Part shown: piece after piece, positions 1 through 9,141 of the stretch | How positions within the stretch are numbered: position 1 is the first letter of the stretch | Layout: the number at the start of each line of letters is the position of its first letter | NCBI GenBank assembly: GCA_015489595.1 | Contig: WFZK01000010.1 | Location: 1 to 57,471 of the forward strand | Direction: 5' to 3' | Origin: Candidatus Dojkabacteria bacterium | GTDB lineage: Bacteria; Patescibacteriota; Dojkabacteria; GCA-002793355 | DNA: 57,471 nucleotides | Made by a program: the position numbers and the translations under genes | The notes under the pieces: generated by a model | Told to the model about the DNA's origin: nothing | The model's input: the letters and a program-made list of their open reading frames with translations, nothing else | Database searches by the model: none

Positions 1-2
1 AG

Positions 3-461
3 ATGGTTTTGCGGGGAGAGCAGAAGGTTGATGTAGGTGATCTGGTAGACACAAGCGAGTTCCCTTTCGATGTCCTGGCGACATTTCTAAGGGACGTTGG
101 TGAGAAGAACACTCTTTATGTGTACAACAAAGTTGTAGAGTTTATAAAACTCCTAAGGTCTGGCTATTTTTATAGAAAGAGTAGTTATGTACTTTTGAGC
201 ACAATACACTCCTCAAAAGGACTTGAATTCGGAACAGTTTTTTTGCTTGGTTTAAGAAAGGGAATATTCCCTGCAAATTACGAGTCTCTTCAGTCGGAGC
301 GGCGCCTACTCTACGTGGGATTTTCTAGGGCTAAAAACCTTGTGGTTTTAAGTTATTCAGGAGTTCCTAGTAAGTTTGTGGAGTATTTTAAAGATGTTGA
401 GTTTGTTGATGTTTTTTCTAAGATTAGAAAGAGGAAGTCAAGTCAGTTAAGACTTGTTTGA
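3..461 (+). CDS. UvrD/PcrA-like superfamily 1 DNA helicase, C-terminal part (gene begins upstream of the window)
   Basis: The frame is open to the window edge. STIHSSKGLEF and LLYVGFSRAKNLVVLSY match UvrD_C helicase motifs. Confidence 0.7.
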   Translation: MVLRGEQKVDVGDLVDTSEFPFDVLATFLRDVGEKNTLYVYNKVVEFIKLLRSGYFYRKSSYVLLSTIHSSKGLEFGTVFLLGLRKGIFPANYESLQSERRLLYVGFSRAKNLVVLSYSGVPSKFVEYFKDVEFVDVFSKIRKRKSSQLRLV

Positions 462-656
462 TTAGGTGGCTCCTAGCCAGCTCTTCAATTTTCTGAAGAC
501 AATTGAAGGTTATGGCATAGTTTGAGGTTGGGCTCTTTGAAGCAACCAAGATTATAGGTAGTTTAGGCATATTTTAGCTTAGGGGCGGTAATCAGGCTGT
601 GTGCAATTCAACTCGACTGGTAAAAATTTTGTAATTTTTGGGAGGTATCATTTGGT

Positions 657-1655
657 ATGGGGGTGCCCGAAAGGTGTAGAGAATTGGGCGTAAGACAAGT
701 GTCGTTCGATCGGTTATTTCCTGGGCGGGGCGCCGAAGGCGCCCCGCCCAGGGTGTATGTGTTTGGGGATGTGAGTGTGGGCAATTTATTAGGAAGGGGG
801 CAGGAGAATTATGAAAAGAGGTCCGATAAGCGCAGTGACGGGGAGAGCAGGCCTTTAGGATTGTGGGGGGATAGACAGTATTTCCTTTCTATTGTGGGTA
901 CTCGTAGGCCATCTCTCCAAGCTACAGAATGGTTGCGAGGCATTTTTGTGCAATTGTCCGCAACTGGGATTTTGGATTATCTGGTTACTGTTAGTGGTTT
1001 TGCTTACGGCATAGATAGAAGAGCCTTTGACTTTTCTTTAAGATACGGTGTTCCTACGATAGTAGTATTGCCTTATCTTTTCCCGTATCAGGTTAAGCGG
1101 TTTAGGTCTTTTAAGAAAGTTATGGTCATATCTGAATTTGGTTGTTCTTCAGAGGCGAGTGTACAACATTGGCATTTTGTTAAGAGGAATAGGATTATAG
1201 CCATGCTAGGCAACATTACACTTGTAGTTCAAGCTCCGATAGGAAGCGGTTCTCTTATTACCGCCTCGTTTGCTGATACATACGGCAGAGAGGTTCTCTT
1301 CAGAGTGAGCGGAGCTTTAAGAGATTTAGGTGCTAGGTATTTTTTAGCTACGGGGCGCGGGAGAGTGGCTATTGATGCGTACGATATTGTGGCTGCGCTA
1401 AACGATGACCTTCGGGACAAGTTTGTGCTAGCGCTGGTACATCTTTTAAAGAGTAGGATAAGTTCTTCTAAGTGGCCTAAAGATGATGCGTTTGTTAGAG
1501 GTCTGGTTAAGACCCGTCTGGAAATAGGGAGCTTGTTTCGGCGTTGGAATTTCCCTCCTAATTTAGCCAAGAAAATTATGCTAGAATTACTCAACAGAAA
1601 TTGGGCTTACATGAATGGGAAAGCCATTTTGTTAAATTTATTTAATATTTTTTAA
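657..1655 (+). CDS. dprA: DNA processing protein DprA/Smf (start uncertain, possibly GTG at 753 or later)
   Basis: DprA Rossmann core is present: IVGTRRPS, VSGFAYGIDRRAF, VKRNRIIAMLGNITLVVQAPIGSGSLITA. The first ~95 nt overlap intergenic-repeat boxes and a GC-rich hairpin. Confidence 0.75.
   Translation: MGVPERCRELGVRQVSFDRLFPGRGAEGAPPRVYVFGDVSVGNLLGRGQENYEKRSDKRSDGESRPLGLWGDRQYFLSIVGTRRPSLQATEWLRGIFVQLSATGILDYLVTVSGFAYGIDRRAFDFSLRYGVPTIVVLPYLFPYQVKRFRSFKKVMVISEFGCSSEASVQHWHFVKRNRIIAMLGNITLVVQAPIGSGSLITASFADTYGREVLFRVSGALRDLGARYFLATGRGRVAIDAYDIVAALNDDLRDKFVLALVHLLKSRISSSKWPKDDAFVRGLVKTRLEIGSLFRRWNFPPNLAKKIMLELLNRNWAYMNGKAILLNLFNIF
721..751. repeat. GC-rich perfect hairpin (14 bp stem, GAAG loop)
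   Basis: CTGGGCGGGGCGCC-GAAG-GGCGCCCCGCCCAG read directly. Its GC content is far above the local ~40%. Confidence 0.9.
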
Positions 1656-1666
1656 TATTTTTGTAG

Positions 1667-3721
1667 ATGAATCTAGTATTAGTAGAGTCACCAGCTAAGG
1701 CGAAAACCATTGAAAAGATTTTAGGGAAGGGTTATAAGGTGGTCGCTACCTTGGGGCACTTGATCGATTTGCCTAAAAGTAAGCTAGGAGTTGACCTTAC
1801 GACATTTGAACCCGAGTATGTCCCTATTAAAGGTAAAGGAAAGTTAATAAGATTTATTAAGCAGCAGGTAAAAGGTGCCTCTTTGGTGTTGCTGGCCCAA
1901 GATCCAGATAGAGAGGGAGAGGCTATAGCTTGGCAGGTACTAAAACTTACAGAACTTCCTGAAGATTCTTATAAGAGGATAGTATTTCATGAAATTACAA
2001 GAGATGCCATAAGGAAAGCAGTAGAGCAGGGGAGACGTATTGATCTTAACTTAGTGCAGGCCCAGCAAGCCAGACGGGTTTTAGATCGGCTTGTAGGGTA
2101 CCCCCTCTCGGAGCTTCTGTGGCACAAGATTAGATATGGCCTTTCAGCGGGTAGAGTTCAATCAGCGGCATTAAGGTTAATAGTGGAACGTCAAGAGAAG
2201 ATTGACGCTTTTGAGCCTGAAGTCTATCTGACAGTCGTTGCCAAAACCTCGCTGGGAGATTTTCTCTTATCTTCTTCTAAGGATCTCAAACCTCTGAGGT
2301 TTCCTGAAGACAAGAGGCAATCTCTTTTAGAAAAGATAGAGCATCTTCGTACACTTAAGGTTGTGGGATTAGGACGGTCTGAGGCTGTGGTTACCCCTCC
2401 GCCTCCCCTGATTACATCGTCCCTCCAGCAAGAGGCTAATAGAAGATTTGGATTTTCTGCAAAAACTACGATGCGTCTTGCCCAGGAGCTATATCAGGGC
2501 TTGGATATCCCTGGGATCGGAAGACGCTCTCTGATCACATACATGCGTACTGATTCCGTAAGGCTTAGCAATTACGCTATTTCCGAGAGTAGAAAATTTA
2601 TAGAACATCTTTTCGGAAGGGAGCTTCTAAATCCTACAGTACGTAGATACAAGACACGGTCTAAGAATGCTCAAGAGGCACATGAGGCTATCAGGCCGGT
2701 CCACTTTGATCTCTCCCCAGATGTACTTAAAGATAAATTAAGCAAGCCGCATTGGTTAATTTACAATCTGGTCTGGGAGAGAACTATCGCTACTCAGATG
2801 AAGCCGGCTCTTTACGATGTGTATACGATTCATGCTAATCCTGAGATCCTAGATGGAATTTGGATACTTAAAAGGAGGTTTTTAAAAGAACCTGGTTTTT
2901 TAATCTTAGCGGGGAAGACGAAAGAGGAAGAAGGAGCTTTTAAAGGTCTGTCAGAAGGTACAGAGGTCACTGTTAATGAGGTAGGAGTGGTGGAGAAGCA
3001 AACATCTCCTCCACACCCCTACACAGATGCGTCTTTGGTTAAAACCTTAGAAAAACTTGGTATAGGCCGTCCTTCTACGTTTGCTACTATTATTGATACC
3101 CTCCTTAAGCGAGGGTATGTGCAAAGAGAAGGTAGATTTTTGATCCCTACTGATAATGGGAAAGTGGTAGCTGATTTCCTAAAGAAACATTTCCCAGAGA
3201 TTGTGGATTATGAGTTTACGGCTAATATGGAGGATAGTCTCGACAAGATCGCGCGAGGGGAGCTTTCAAAGGAGGGGTTCTTAAAGAATTTTTATCCGAC
3301 ATTCATTGAGAAGGTAGAAAAAAAGGAGAAAGAGGTTAACAAAAGCGATGTTGTAGTGCTGGAGAAGACTAATGTAAAGTGCCCTAAATGTGGTGCTGAT
3401 ATGGTACTCAAGCTGGGTAAATTTGGGAAGTTTTACAGCTGCAGTAGGTATCCCGAGTGTGATGGCATGTTAAGTTACATTGATGAGAATAGGTATGAGA
3501 TCCCTCCAGAGGCCAAAAAGGGAGAGTGGGTTCTTAAGGTGGGTAAATATGGTCGTTTTTGGGCGCATAAAGATTATCCTAAGATAAAACAAACAGCGCC
3601 ATTGTTATTAAAAGAAAAGTGCCCTAAGTGTGGGAGTCCTCTGATAGAGAGGAGGGGTAAGAATGGTCGCCTATTTATAGGGTGTTCTAATTATCCTAAG
3701 TGCAAGTTTATTAAAAGATAA
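1667..3721 (+). CDS. topA: DNA topoisomerase I
   Basis: Toprim N-terminus MNLVLVESPAKAKTIEKILG, the TYMRTDS active-site Tyr region, and three C-terminal CxxC...C zinc ribbons. Confidence 0.95.
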   Translation: MNLVLVESPAKAKTIEKILGKGYKVVATLGHLIDLPKSKLGVDLTTFEPEYVPIKGKGKLIRFIKQQVKGASLVLLAQDPDREGEAIAWQVLKLTELPEDSYKRIVFHEITRDAIRKAVEQGRRIDLNLVQAQQARRVLDRLVGYPLSELLWHKIRYGLSAGRVQSAALRLIVERQEKIDAFEPEVYLTVVAKTSLGDFLLSSSKDLKPLRFPEDKRQSLLEKIEHLRTLKVVGLGRSEAVVTPPPPLITSSLQQEANRRFGFSAKTTMRLAQELYQGLDIPGIGRRSLITYMRTDSVRLSNYAISESRKFIEHLFGRELLNPTVRRYKTRSKNAQEAHEAIRPVHFDLSPDVLKDKLSKPHWLIYNLVWERTIATQMKPALYDVYTIHANPEILDGIWILKRRFLKEPGFLILAGKTKEEEGAFKGLSEGTEVTVNEVGVVEKQTSPPHPYTDASLVKTLEKLGIGRPSTFATIIDTLLKRGYVQREGRFLIPTDNGKVVADFLKKHFPEIVDYEFTANMEDSLDKIARGELSKEGFLKNFYPTFIEKVEKKEKEVNKSDVVVLEKTNVKCPKCGADMVLKLGKFGKFYSCSRYPECDGMLSYIDENRYEIPPEAKKGEWVLKVGKYGRFWAHKDYPKIKQTAPLLLKEKCPKCGSPLIERRGKNGRLFIGCSNYPKCKFIKR

Positions 3722-3723
3722 AA

Positions 3724-4368
3724 ATGCTTCCTCGCGAAAAAGCGAAGTTATTAGGAATTCAGAATTTAAGCTACGAGGAGCTTTTTGCTCTTATTATCGG
3801 TCAAGGAAGTAGGAAAGAGAGTGTTTTTCAACTGGCTAAGCGCCTTACCAGAGTTTTTAGAAAGAGAGGATTTAGTTTTTGTGCGGAAAATATCTTAAAG
3901 CACGAATGTAGTCTTTTAGAGGGGGTTGGCGAGGCTACGCGTCTTAGGATTAGCGCAGTGTTCGAACTGATGCTGCGTGTGTGTCAGACTGAAAATCAGT
4001 TCCGCATCACTTCGACCACAGATGTGTTAAAGATGATGCACAGCCTTGTTCGTAAGAAAAAAGAATATGTTTATGCATTATATCTTGATTCTAGTCGTAG
4101 GCTTCTGTCTAAAAAACTGCTTGCCCTTGGCGGGATTGATTTTGTTAATTTGGATTTGAGATCTCTCTTTTCACACGCGTTAGTAAAGGGGGCTACAGGT
4201 ATTATTTTAGTGCATAATCATCCATCTGGAGAGGCAAACCCTAGCAAGGCTGATTTGGTAGTTACTGAGAGGGTAATAAATGCGGGTAAGATTTTAGGTA
4301 TAGAACTAATTGATCATATAATTCTTGCCAGGGGCGGGTATTTTAGCTTCTCAGAGAGTATGTTATAA
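3724..4368 (+). CDS. radC: RadC-like JAB domain protein
   Basis: Intact JAMM motif HNHPSGEANPSKAD near the C-terminus, with an N-terminal HhH-like region. Confidence 0.85.
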   Translation: MLPREKAKLLGIQNLSYEELFALIIGQGSRKESVFQLAKRLTRVFRKRGFSFCAENILKHECSLLEGVGEATRLRISAVFELMLRVCQTENQFRITSTTDVLKMMHSLVRKKKEYVYALYLDSSRRLLSKKLLALGGIDFVNLDLRSLFSHALVKGATGIILVHNHPSGEANPSKADLVVTERVINAGKILGIELIDHIILARGGYFSFSESML

Positions 4369-4369
4369 T
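4361..4369 (+). promoter_or_regulatory. Extended -10 promoter (TGtTATAAT) for rpsB-tsf-frr, overlapping the radC stop codon
   Basis: TGTTATAAT read at 4361-4369. About 70 nt of leader precede the rpsB ATG. Confidence 0.5.
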
Positions 4370-4443
4370 CGACTACAAACATGCCTCTGTATTCCTCCTT
4401 GAGTACAGTGGCAGAGGCTTAGATAAAAGGAGGTTTTGTAAAT

Positions 4444-5481
4444 ATGAATAAGTCTAAAAAAATCCAACTTTCCTGGCCTACCGTTGATGAGCTTTTGGAG
4501 GCGGGGGCCCATTTCGGTCATTCTGTGAAAAGGTGGCATCCAGCGTTCGCTCCCTTTATTTATAAGCGTAAAAAAGGCATCTATGTCATCAATGTTGAGA
4601 AAACCCTCGAGAAACTGAAGGAGGCAATGGAGTATTTAGCAAAAAGGTTAGCCAACGGGGCTAGCTTAATGATAGTAGGGACTAAAAAGCAGGCTTCCTC
4701 AACTGTGAGGGAACTCGGAGAAAAATATGGTGTATTCTATGTAGACTACAAATGGCCTGCAGGGCTACTTACCAATTTCGAAAGGGTAAGCCAATCTATT
4801 TCTGCACTTCCAACTCTAAAGGAACAGTATATCAAAAAGAAGTATCTTCTTACTAAGAAAGAACTTTTGGGTATTAAGAGAAAGGTTGAAAAATTAGAGA
4901 GAAGGTTCGCAGGGCTTACTTTTATAAATCAGGTCCCGGATGTGATCTTTATTATAGACATCGTTAGAGAGAAGATCGCTCTCAAAGAGGCAAGAAAGCT
5001 GGGGATTCCCGTAGTTGCTATGGTAGATAGTAACGCAGATCCGAGGTTAGTTGATTATCCTATCCCTATTAACGACGATGCCGTTAAATCGATTAGGTTG
5101 GTGCTTGACCTTTTAGGCGAGGTACTAGCGAAGTTTGGTTCAGATAAACTTACTGTCATTAGACAGAAGTTTGCTGAACATTTAAAGACCTTAGAGGAGA
5201 ATGTAGATAAGGCGTATGCGTATAAGAGAGAAGCAGAGCCAAAAGAGGAGGTAGTTGAAAAGAAAGAGGAGAAGGGAAGAGTAGTTAGAGTGACAGCATT
5301 TAGACCTATCAGCGAGTTAGGTTTAGGTCCAAGTATAGAGGAGAAGTTAAAAGCAGCTGGGATCGACTCCATAGAGGTGTTAAGAAGTAAGAGTCTGGAA
5401 GAACTCAGAGCCATTAAAGGAATCGGTGCTAAAACCGCAGAAAAGATAATTTCTAAATTAAGAGAATACAATGGCAAGTAG
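4444..5481 (+). CDS. rpsB: 30S ribosomal protein S2 with ~95 aa C-terminal helix-hairpin-helix extension
   Basis: S2 signatures AGAHFGH, WPAGLLTN and VDSNADP. SD AAAGGAGG lies 10 nt upstream of the ATG. The extra tail is LGLGPSIEEKLKAAGIDSIEVL...IKGIGAKTAEKII. Confidence 0.95.
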   Translation: MNKSKKIQLSWPTVDELLEAGAHFGHSVKRWHPAFAPFIYKRKKGIYVINVEKTLEKLKEAMEYLAKRLANGASLMIVGTKKQASSTVRELGEKYGVFYVDYKWPAGLLTNFERVSQSISALPTLKEQYIKKKYLLTKKELLGIKRKVEKLERRFAGLTFINQVPDVIFIIDIVREKIALKEARKLGIPVVAMVDSNADPRLVDYPIPINDDAVKSIRLVLDLLGEVLAKFGSDKLTVIRQKFAEHLKTLEENVDKAYAYKREAEPKEEVVEKKEEKGRVVRVTAFRPISELGLGPSIEEKLKAAGIDSIEVLRSKSLEELRAIKGIGAKTAEKIISKLREYNGK

Positions 5482-6052
5482 CTTGGTTGAATTAAGAAAA
5501 CTTACGGGTGCTCCTATATCATTGTGTAAGGAGGCTGCTGAGAAGTTTCCTGATAGTATCGATAAAGCTGTGGAGTATATCCAATCTAAATTGCGTGAGA
5601 AAGCAGGCAAGCTGGGAACGCGCGAGACTAAGGTGGGTATAATTGAGGTGTATTCCCACGGGACTGCGAAAAACATCGGGGTAATGGTTGAGGTCTTGTG
5701 TCAGACTGATTTTGTAGCAGGTAACAAGGAATTTCGGGATTTTGCGCATGATTTGGCTTTGCAGATAGCTTCGATGAGACCACTTTATGTAGGGGTTGAG
5801 GATATCCCTGAAGAAGAAATAGAAAAACAAAAAGAGTTATGGAGAGATGAGCTTTCTAAGTCTGGTAAGCCTGCTGAAATAATCGATAAAATAATAGAGG
5901 GGAAGCTCCAGAAGTGGATAGAGCAGGTTTGCTTACTTGAGCAGGAACACTACGCGAAAGAAGGGGTAAAAATCAAGGATATTCTTGCTCAGCTAAGTGG
6001 AAAGCTGGGCGAGAATATTAAGATATCACGATTTGTTAGATGGGAGATATAG
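5471..6052 (+). CDS. tsf: Elongation factor Ts (short form)
   Basis: UBA-like N-terminus LVELRKLTGAPISLCKEAA and the CQTDFVAGNKEF motif. It overlaps the rpsB stop by 11 nt. Confidence 0.9.
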   Translation: MASSLVELRKLTGAPISLCKEAAEKFPDSIDKAVEYIQSKLREKAGKLGTRETKVGIIEVYSHGTAKNIGVMVEVLCQTDFVAGNKEFRDFAHDLALQIASMRPLYVGVEDIPEEEIEKQKELWRDELSKSGKPAEIIDKIIEGKLQKWIEQVCLLEQEHYAKEGVKIKDILAQLSGKLGENIKISRFVRWEI

Positions 6053-6588
6053 ATAGCTTTTTTAAAGAAGTAGAGCAGGACTATAAAGAGATAGTTGATA
6101 GATTTAAGGCAGAGGTAGACAAGTTGCGACTCGGGAATGTGAATTTAGAAGTGGCTAAAAATATACAGGTTGAGGCTTACGGATCCATGGTCCCTCTTTA
6201 TCAAATTGCAAGCTTAAGCGCCTCCACAGCGATGACATTGGTAGTTACTCCCTGGGATAAATCTTTGCTTAAACCCATAGCTGAAGCTTTAGCAGCAGCG
6301 TACAATAATGAAGTTACGCCAACTGTAAAAGACAATGCTGTGTATGTTAATTTCCCTCCGATCACGAAAGAAAAACAACTCGAATATTTAAAGCTCATCA
6401 AAGATATGGCCGAGAAGTTCAGACAGCGCCTCCGAGATTTACGTAACGAGGCCAAAAGTAAGTTGGAGGATATGGAACTCCCAGAGGATTTGCACTTTAA
6501 GGCTCAGGAGAGATTAGATGAATTGACTAGAAAGTATACTGAAGAGATAAACTCTGTATACGAAGACAAGAAACAGCAGCTGTCATGA
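6040..6588 (+). CDS. frr: Ribosome recycling factor
   Basis: IQVEAYGSMVPLYQIASLS...VVTPWDKSLL is the typical RRF core. It overlaps tsf by 13 nt. Confidence 0.9.
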   Translation: MGDIDSFFKEVEQDYKEIVDRFKAEVDKLRLGNVNLEVAKNIQVEAYGSMVPLYQIASLSASTAMTLVVTPWDKSLLKPIAEALAAAYNNEVTPTVKDNAVYVNFPPITKEKQLEYLKLIKDMAEKFRQRLRDLRNEAKSKLEDMELPEDLHFKAQERLDELTRKYTEEINSVYEDKKQQLS

Positions 6589-7694
6589 GTATAGTTATTT
6601 TTTTGTTAATTATAAATGGCTTAATCCTTATTCACGAATTAGGACACTTTATCTTCGCTAAGCTGGGGAGAGTAAGAGTAAAGGAGTTCTCCCTCGGGAT
6701 TGGGCCGGCGTTTTGGGGTTTTAGATACAAAGGGACTTGGTTTAAGCTTAGAGCCATTCCTTTTGGAGGATTTAACGATATAAAAGGTCAGGAAACTAGA
6801 GAGCGAGGGGGTGGCAATTTTATCGACGCACCCGGGTTGGTTAAGTTGGCAATTCTGTTAGGAGGTGTAATCTTTAATTTGGCCTTAGGTATTGTGCTCT
6901 TGCATATCTACGTTGCTTCTGTAGGTTATAAAGTAAAGGTTCCGGTAGATGTTCCTGTGTTTTTTGCTCAGAAGAGGGTAAATGAAAAAGAGGGGGTTAG
7001 AGTAGTTGGAGTGACCGCTAACTCTAATATGAAGGTGATGTTTAAAAAGCATCCTAATATGGTGATACTTAAGGTAGGGTGTGCTGCTGTAAATAACCCT
7101 GAAGATTTAGTTAAGATAATAGATACCTTACATTCAAAAGGAGCGAAAAGTGTGAGGCTGACATTGCTATTAGATGGAAAAACAAAACGAGTGTATGGTT
7201 TTAAGCTTAATAAAAAGGGGAAGTTGGGGGTCTACATTGAGAAGAATACAGAATATATACTAGATTATTCCAGACACAAATTGCTCGCAGGGCTGTTTTA
7301 TACTGCGGATTTAATCTATGCTAACCTAAAGATTCTGTACAGGCTCATAGAAACCGCTGTTTCTACTCGCAGAGTGGGTGAGCTCAAATATGCTGTTTCT
7401 GGTCCTGTAGGAGTATATAAAGTGGTAGATATGGGGATTAAAGAGAGTTTAGGACCTGCATATTTTGTGCAACTTATTGGGTTGTTGAGCGTGAGTTTGG
7501 CGGTATTTAACTTGCTTCCTATCCCTGGATTGGATGGTTGGCATGTTTTGATTGTTCTACTAGCGATAGTTAGTGGTGGTAGGCTGTATCATGAAAAGCT
7601 TTATAAGTACATAACCTTCGGTGGTTTGCTACTGTTAATACTTTTATCTATAATCATCACAGCAAAGGACATAAGATTATTCTTTTCGAGATGA
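6585..7694 (+). CDS. rseP: RseP-like site-2 (M50) zinc metalloprotease
   Basis: HELGHF zinc motif in the first TM helix, a PDZ-like middle region, and C-terminal NLLPIPGLDG. Confidence 0.8.
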   Translation: MSIVIFLLIINGLILIHELGHFIFAKLGRVRVKEFSLGIGPAFWGFRYKGTWFKLRAIPFGGFNDIKGQETRERGGGNFIDAPGLVKLAILLGGVIFNLALGIVLLHIYVASVGYKVKVPVDVPVFFAQKRVNEKEGVRVVGVTANSNMKVMFKKHPNMVILKVGCAAVNNPEDLVKIIDTLHSKGAKSVRLTLLLDGKTKRVYGFKLNKKGKLGVYIEKNTEYILDYSRHKLLAGLFYTADLIYANLKILYRLIETAVSTRRVGELKYAVSGPVGVYKVVDMGIKESLGPAYFVQLIGLLSVSLAVFNLLPIPGLDGWHVLIVLLAIVSGGRLYHEKLYKYITFGGLLLLILLSIIITAKDIRLFFSR

Positions 7695-9121
7695 TTAAAT
7701 ATGATATCAACACAGAGTTTGCTTCATGGTATCAGGATGTAGTACTAAAAGCTGATCTGGCTGATTATGGGCCGGTAAAAGGGACGATGATTTTTAAGCC
7801 TTATGGCTATGCTTTATGGAAGAGGGTTCAGGAAGTATTAGGAGAGATGATTAATAAAAGGCTCGGAGCTGCGGATGTGTATTTCCCTTCCCTTATCCCT
7901 TTGGAGTTTTTAGAGAGGGAGAAGGAACATGTTGAAGGGTTCGCTCCAGAGGTAGCGGTGGTAACTCACGCTGGGGGGAAAAAACTAGCCAAGCCAGTAG
8001 CTATCCGTCCGACATCGGAAACAGTAATGTATGATGCTTTTGCCCGTTGGATTTCGTCATATAGAGACTTGCCGCTTAAAGTAAACCAGTGGGTTAATAT
8101 CGTAAGGTGGGAGAAAAGGACCGTACTTTTCTTAAGATCCACAGAATTTTTATGGCAAGAGGGGCATACGGTCCATGCTACAAAGGAAGAGGCCGCTGAA
8201 CAGGTGATGGAAGCATTGGATACCTATGAAGAATTTCTGACCAAGTATATGGCGCTTCCTGTTGTAAAGGGCTATAAAGTTGAAACAGAGAAGTTTGCTG
8301 GCGCTCTTTACACCACTACATTAGAGGCGTTGCTTCGTACGAAGAAGGCTCTTCAGGTAGCCACTTCGCATCACTTAGGGCAAAATTTCGCAAAGGCTTT
8401 TAGGATTAGATTCTTAAGTAAGCACAATAAAGAGGAGTTCGCGTGGCAGACCAGTTGGGGGCTAAGTACCAGGACCCTTGGAGGCCTAATAGCCATGCAT
8501 GGAGACCAAGCGGGGCTAGTATTACCGCCTGAGATGGCTCCTATTAAGATAGTAATTATTCCGATTTATAAGAGCAGGGAGGAAAAATTAAAGGTTGCAG
8601 AATATATTACCAGCATCGAAAAAATGCTGGACGGTGTAGGGGTCTCATATCATACCGATTGGTCCGAGAATACTCCGGGTTGGAAGTTTAATCAATGGGA
8701 GCTGAAAGGAGTTCCTTTGAGGATTGAAGTGGGGCCAAGCGAGGTGGAGAGCAATCAGCTACGGTGTGTGTCACGTCTGAATAGAGAAGTTAAGGTTTTT
8801 AAGAAAAGCTCTAGGGTTTATAAAGCCCTACTTAAACTTTTGGACGAGATTCAGGTGAGTCTTTACAAGAAGGCTTTGGATTTCTTAAACGAACATACGT
8901 CAGAGGCTAAAACCGAGGAGGAGTTTGCTGCTGCGCTTTCTAAGCCTGGAGGCTTTATTAAGGTATTTTATAAAGATAGTCCTAAGGCGGCTGAATATAT
9001 AAAAGAAAAGTACAAAGCCACTCCTCGTGTAGTGCCTTTTGATACCTATGAGCAAACTGGTCGGGATTTTATTACAGGAGAGAAAGGAGCGAGGCTTACG
9101 TGGTTTGCAAAGGCATATTAA
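7691..9121 (+). CDS. proS: Proline--tRNA ligase, archaeal/eukaryotic type (no INS editing domain)
   Basis: Class IIa core (IRPTSET, FLRSTEFLWQEGHT), 476 aa long, with the C-terminal zinc-domain-type ending ...WFAKAY. Confidence 0.9.
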   Translation: MIKYDINTEFASWYQDVVLKADLADYGPVKGTMIFKPYGYALWKRVQEVLGEMINKRLGAADVYFPSLIPLEFLEREKEHVEGFAPEVAVVTHAGGKKLAKPVAIRPTSETVMYDAFARWISSYRDLPLKVNQWVNIVRWEKRTVLFLRSTEFLWQEGHTVHATKEEAAEQVMEALDTYEEFLTKYMALPVVKGYKVETEKFAGALYTTTLEALLRTKKALQVATSHHLGQNFAKAFRIRFLSKHNKEEFAWQTSWGLSTRTLGGLIAMHGDQAGLVLPPEMAPIKIVIIPIYKSREEKLKVAEYITSIEKMLDGVGVSYHTDWSENTPGWKFNQWELKGVPLRIEVGPSEVESNQLRCVSRLNREVKVFKKSSRVYKALLKLLDEIQVSLYKKALDFLNEHTSEAKTEEEFAAALSKPGGFIKVFYKDSPKAAEYIKEKYKATPRVVPFDTYEQTGRDFITGEKGARLTWFAKAY

Positions 9122-9141
9122 TCTGATATAATTGCAGGATT

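Noticed and set aside
483-508. 8 bp hairpin CTTCAATT...AATTGAAG after the helicase gene, as a terminator
   Set aside because: The stem is short, AT-rich and has a 10 nt loop with no following T tract. It is not distinguishable from chance.
6585-6588. UGA reassignment (code 25) as seen in some CPR-related lineages
   Set aside because: TGA closes well-aligned genes at the expected protein ends (for example, frr ends with the ATGA overlap), and RF2 is present with intact SPF and GGQ motifs. The standard code fits.
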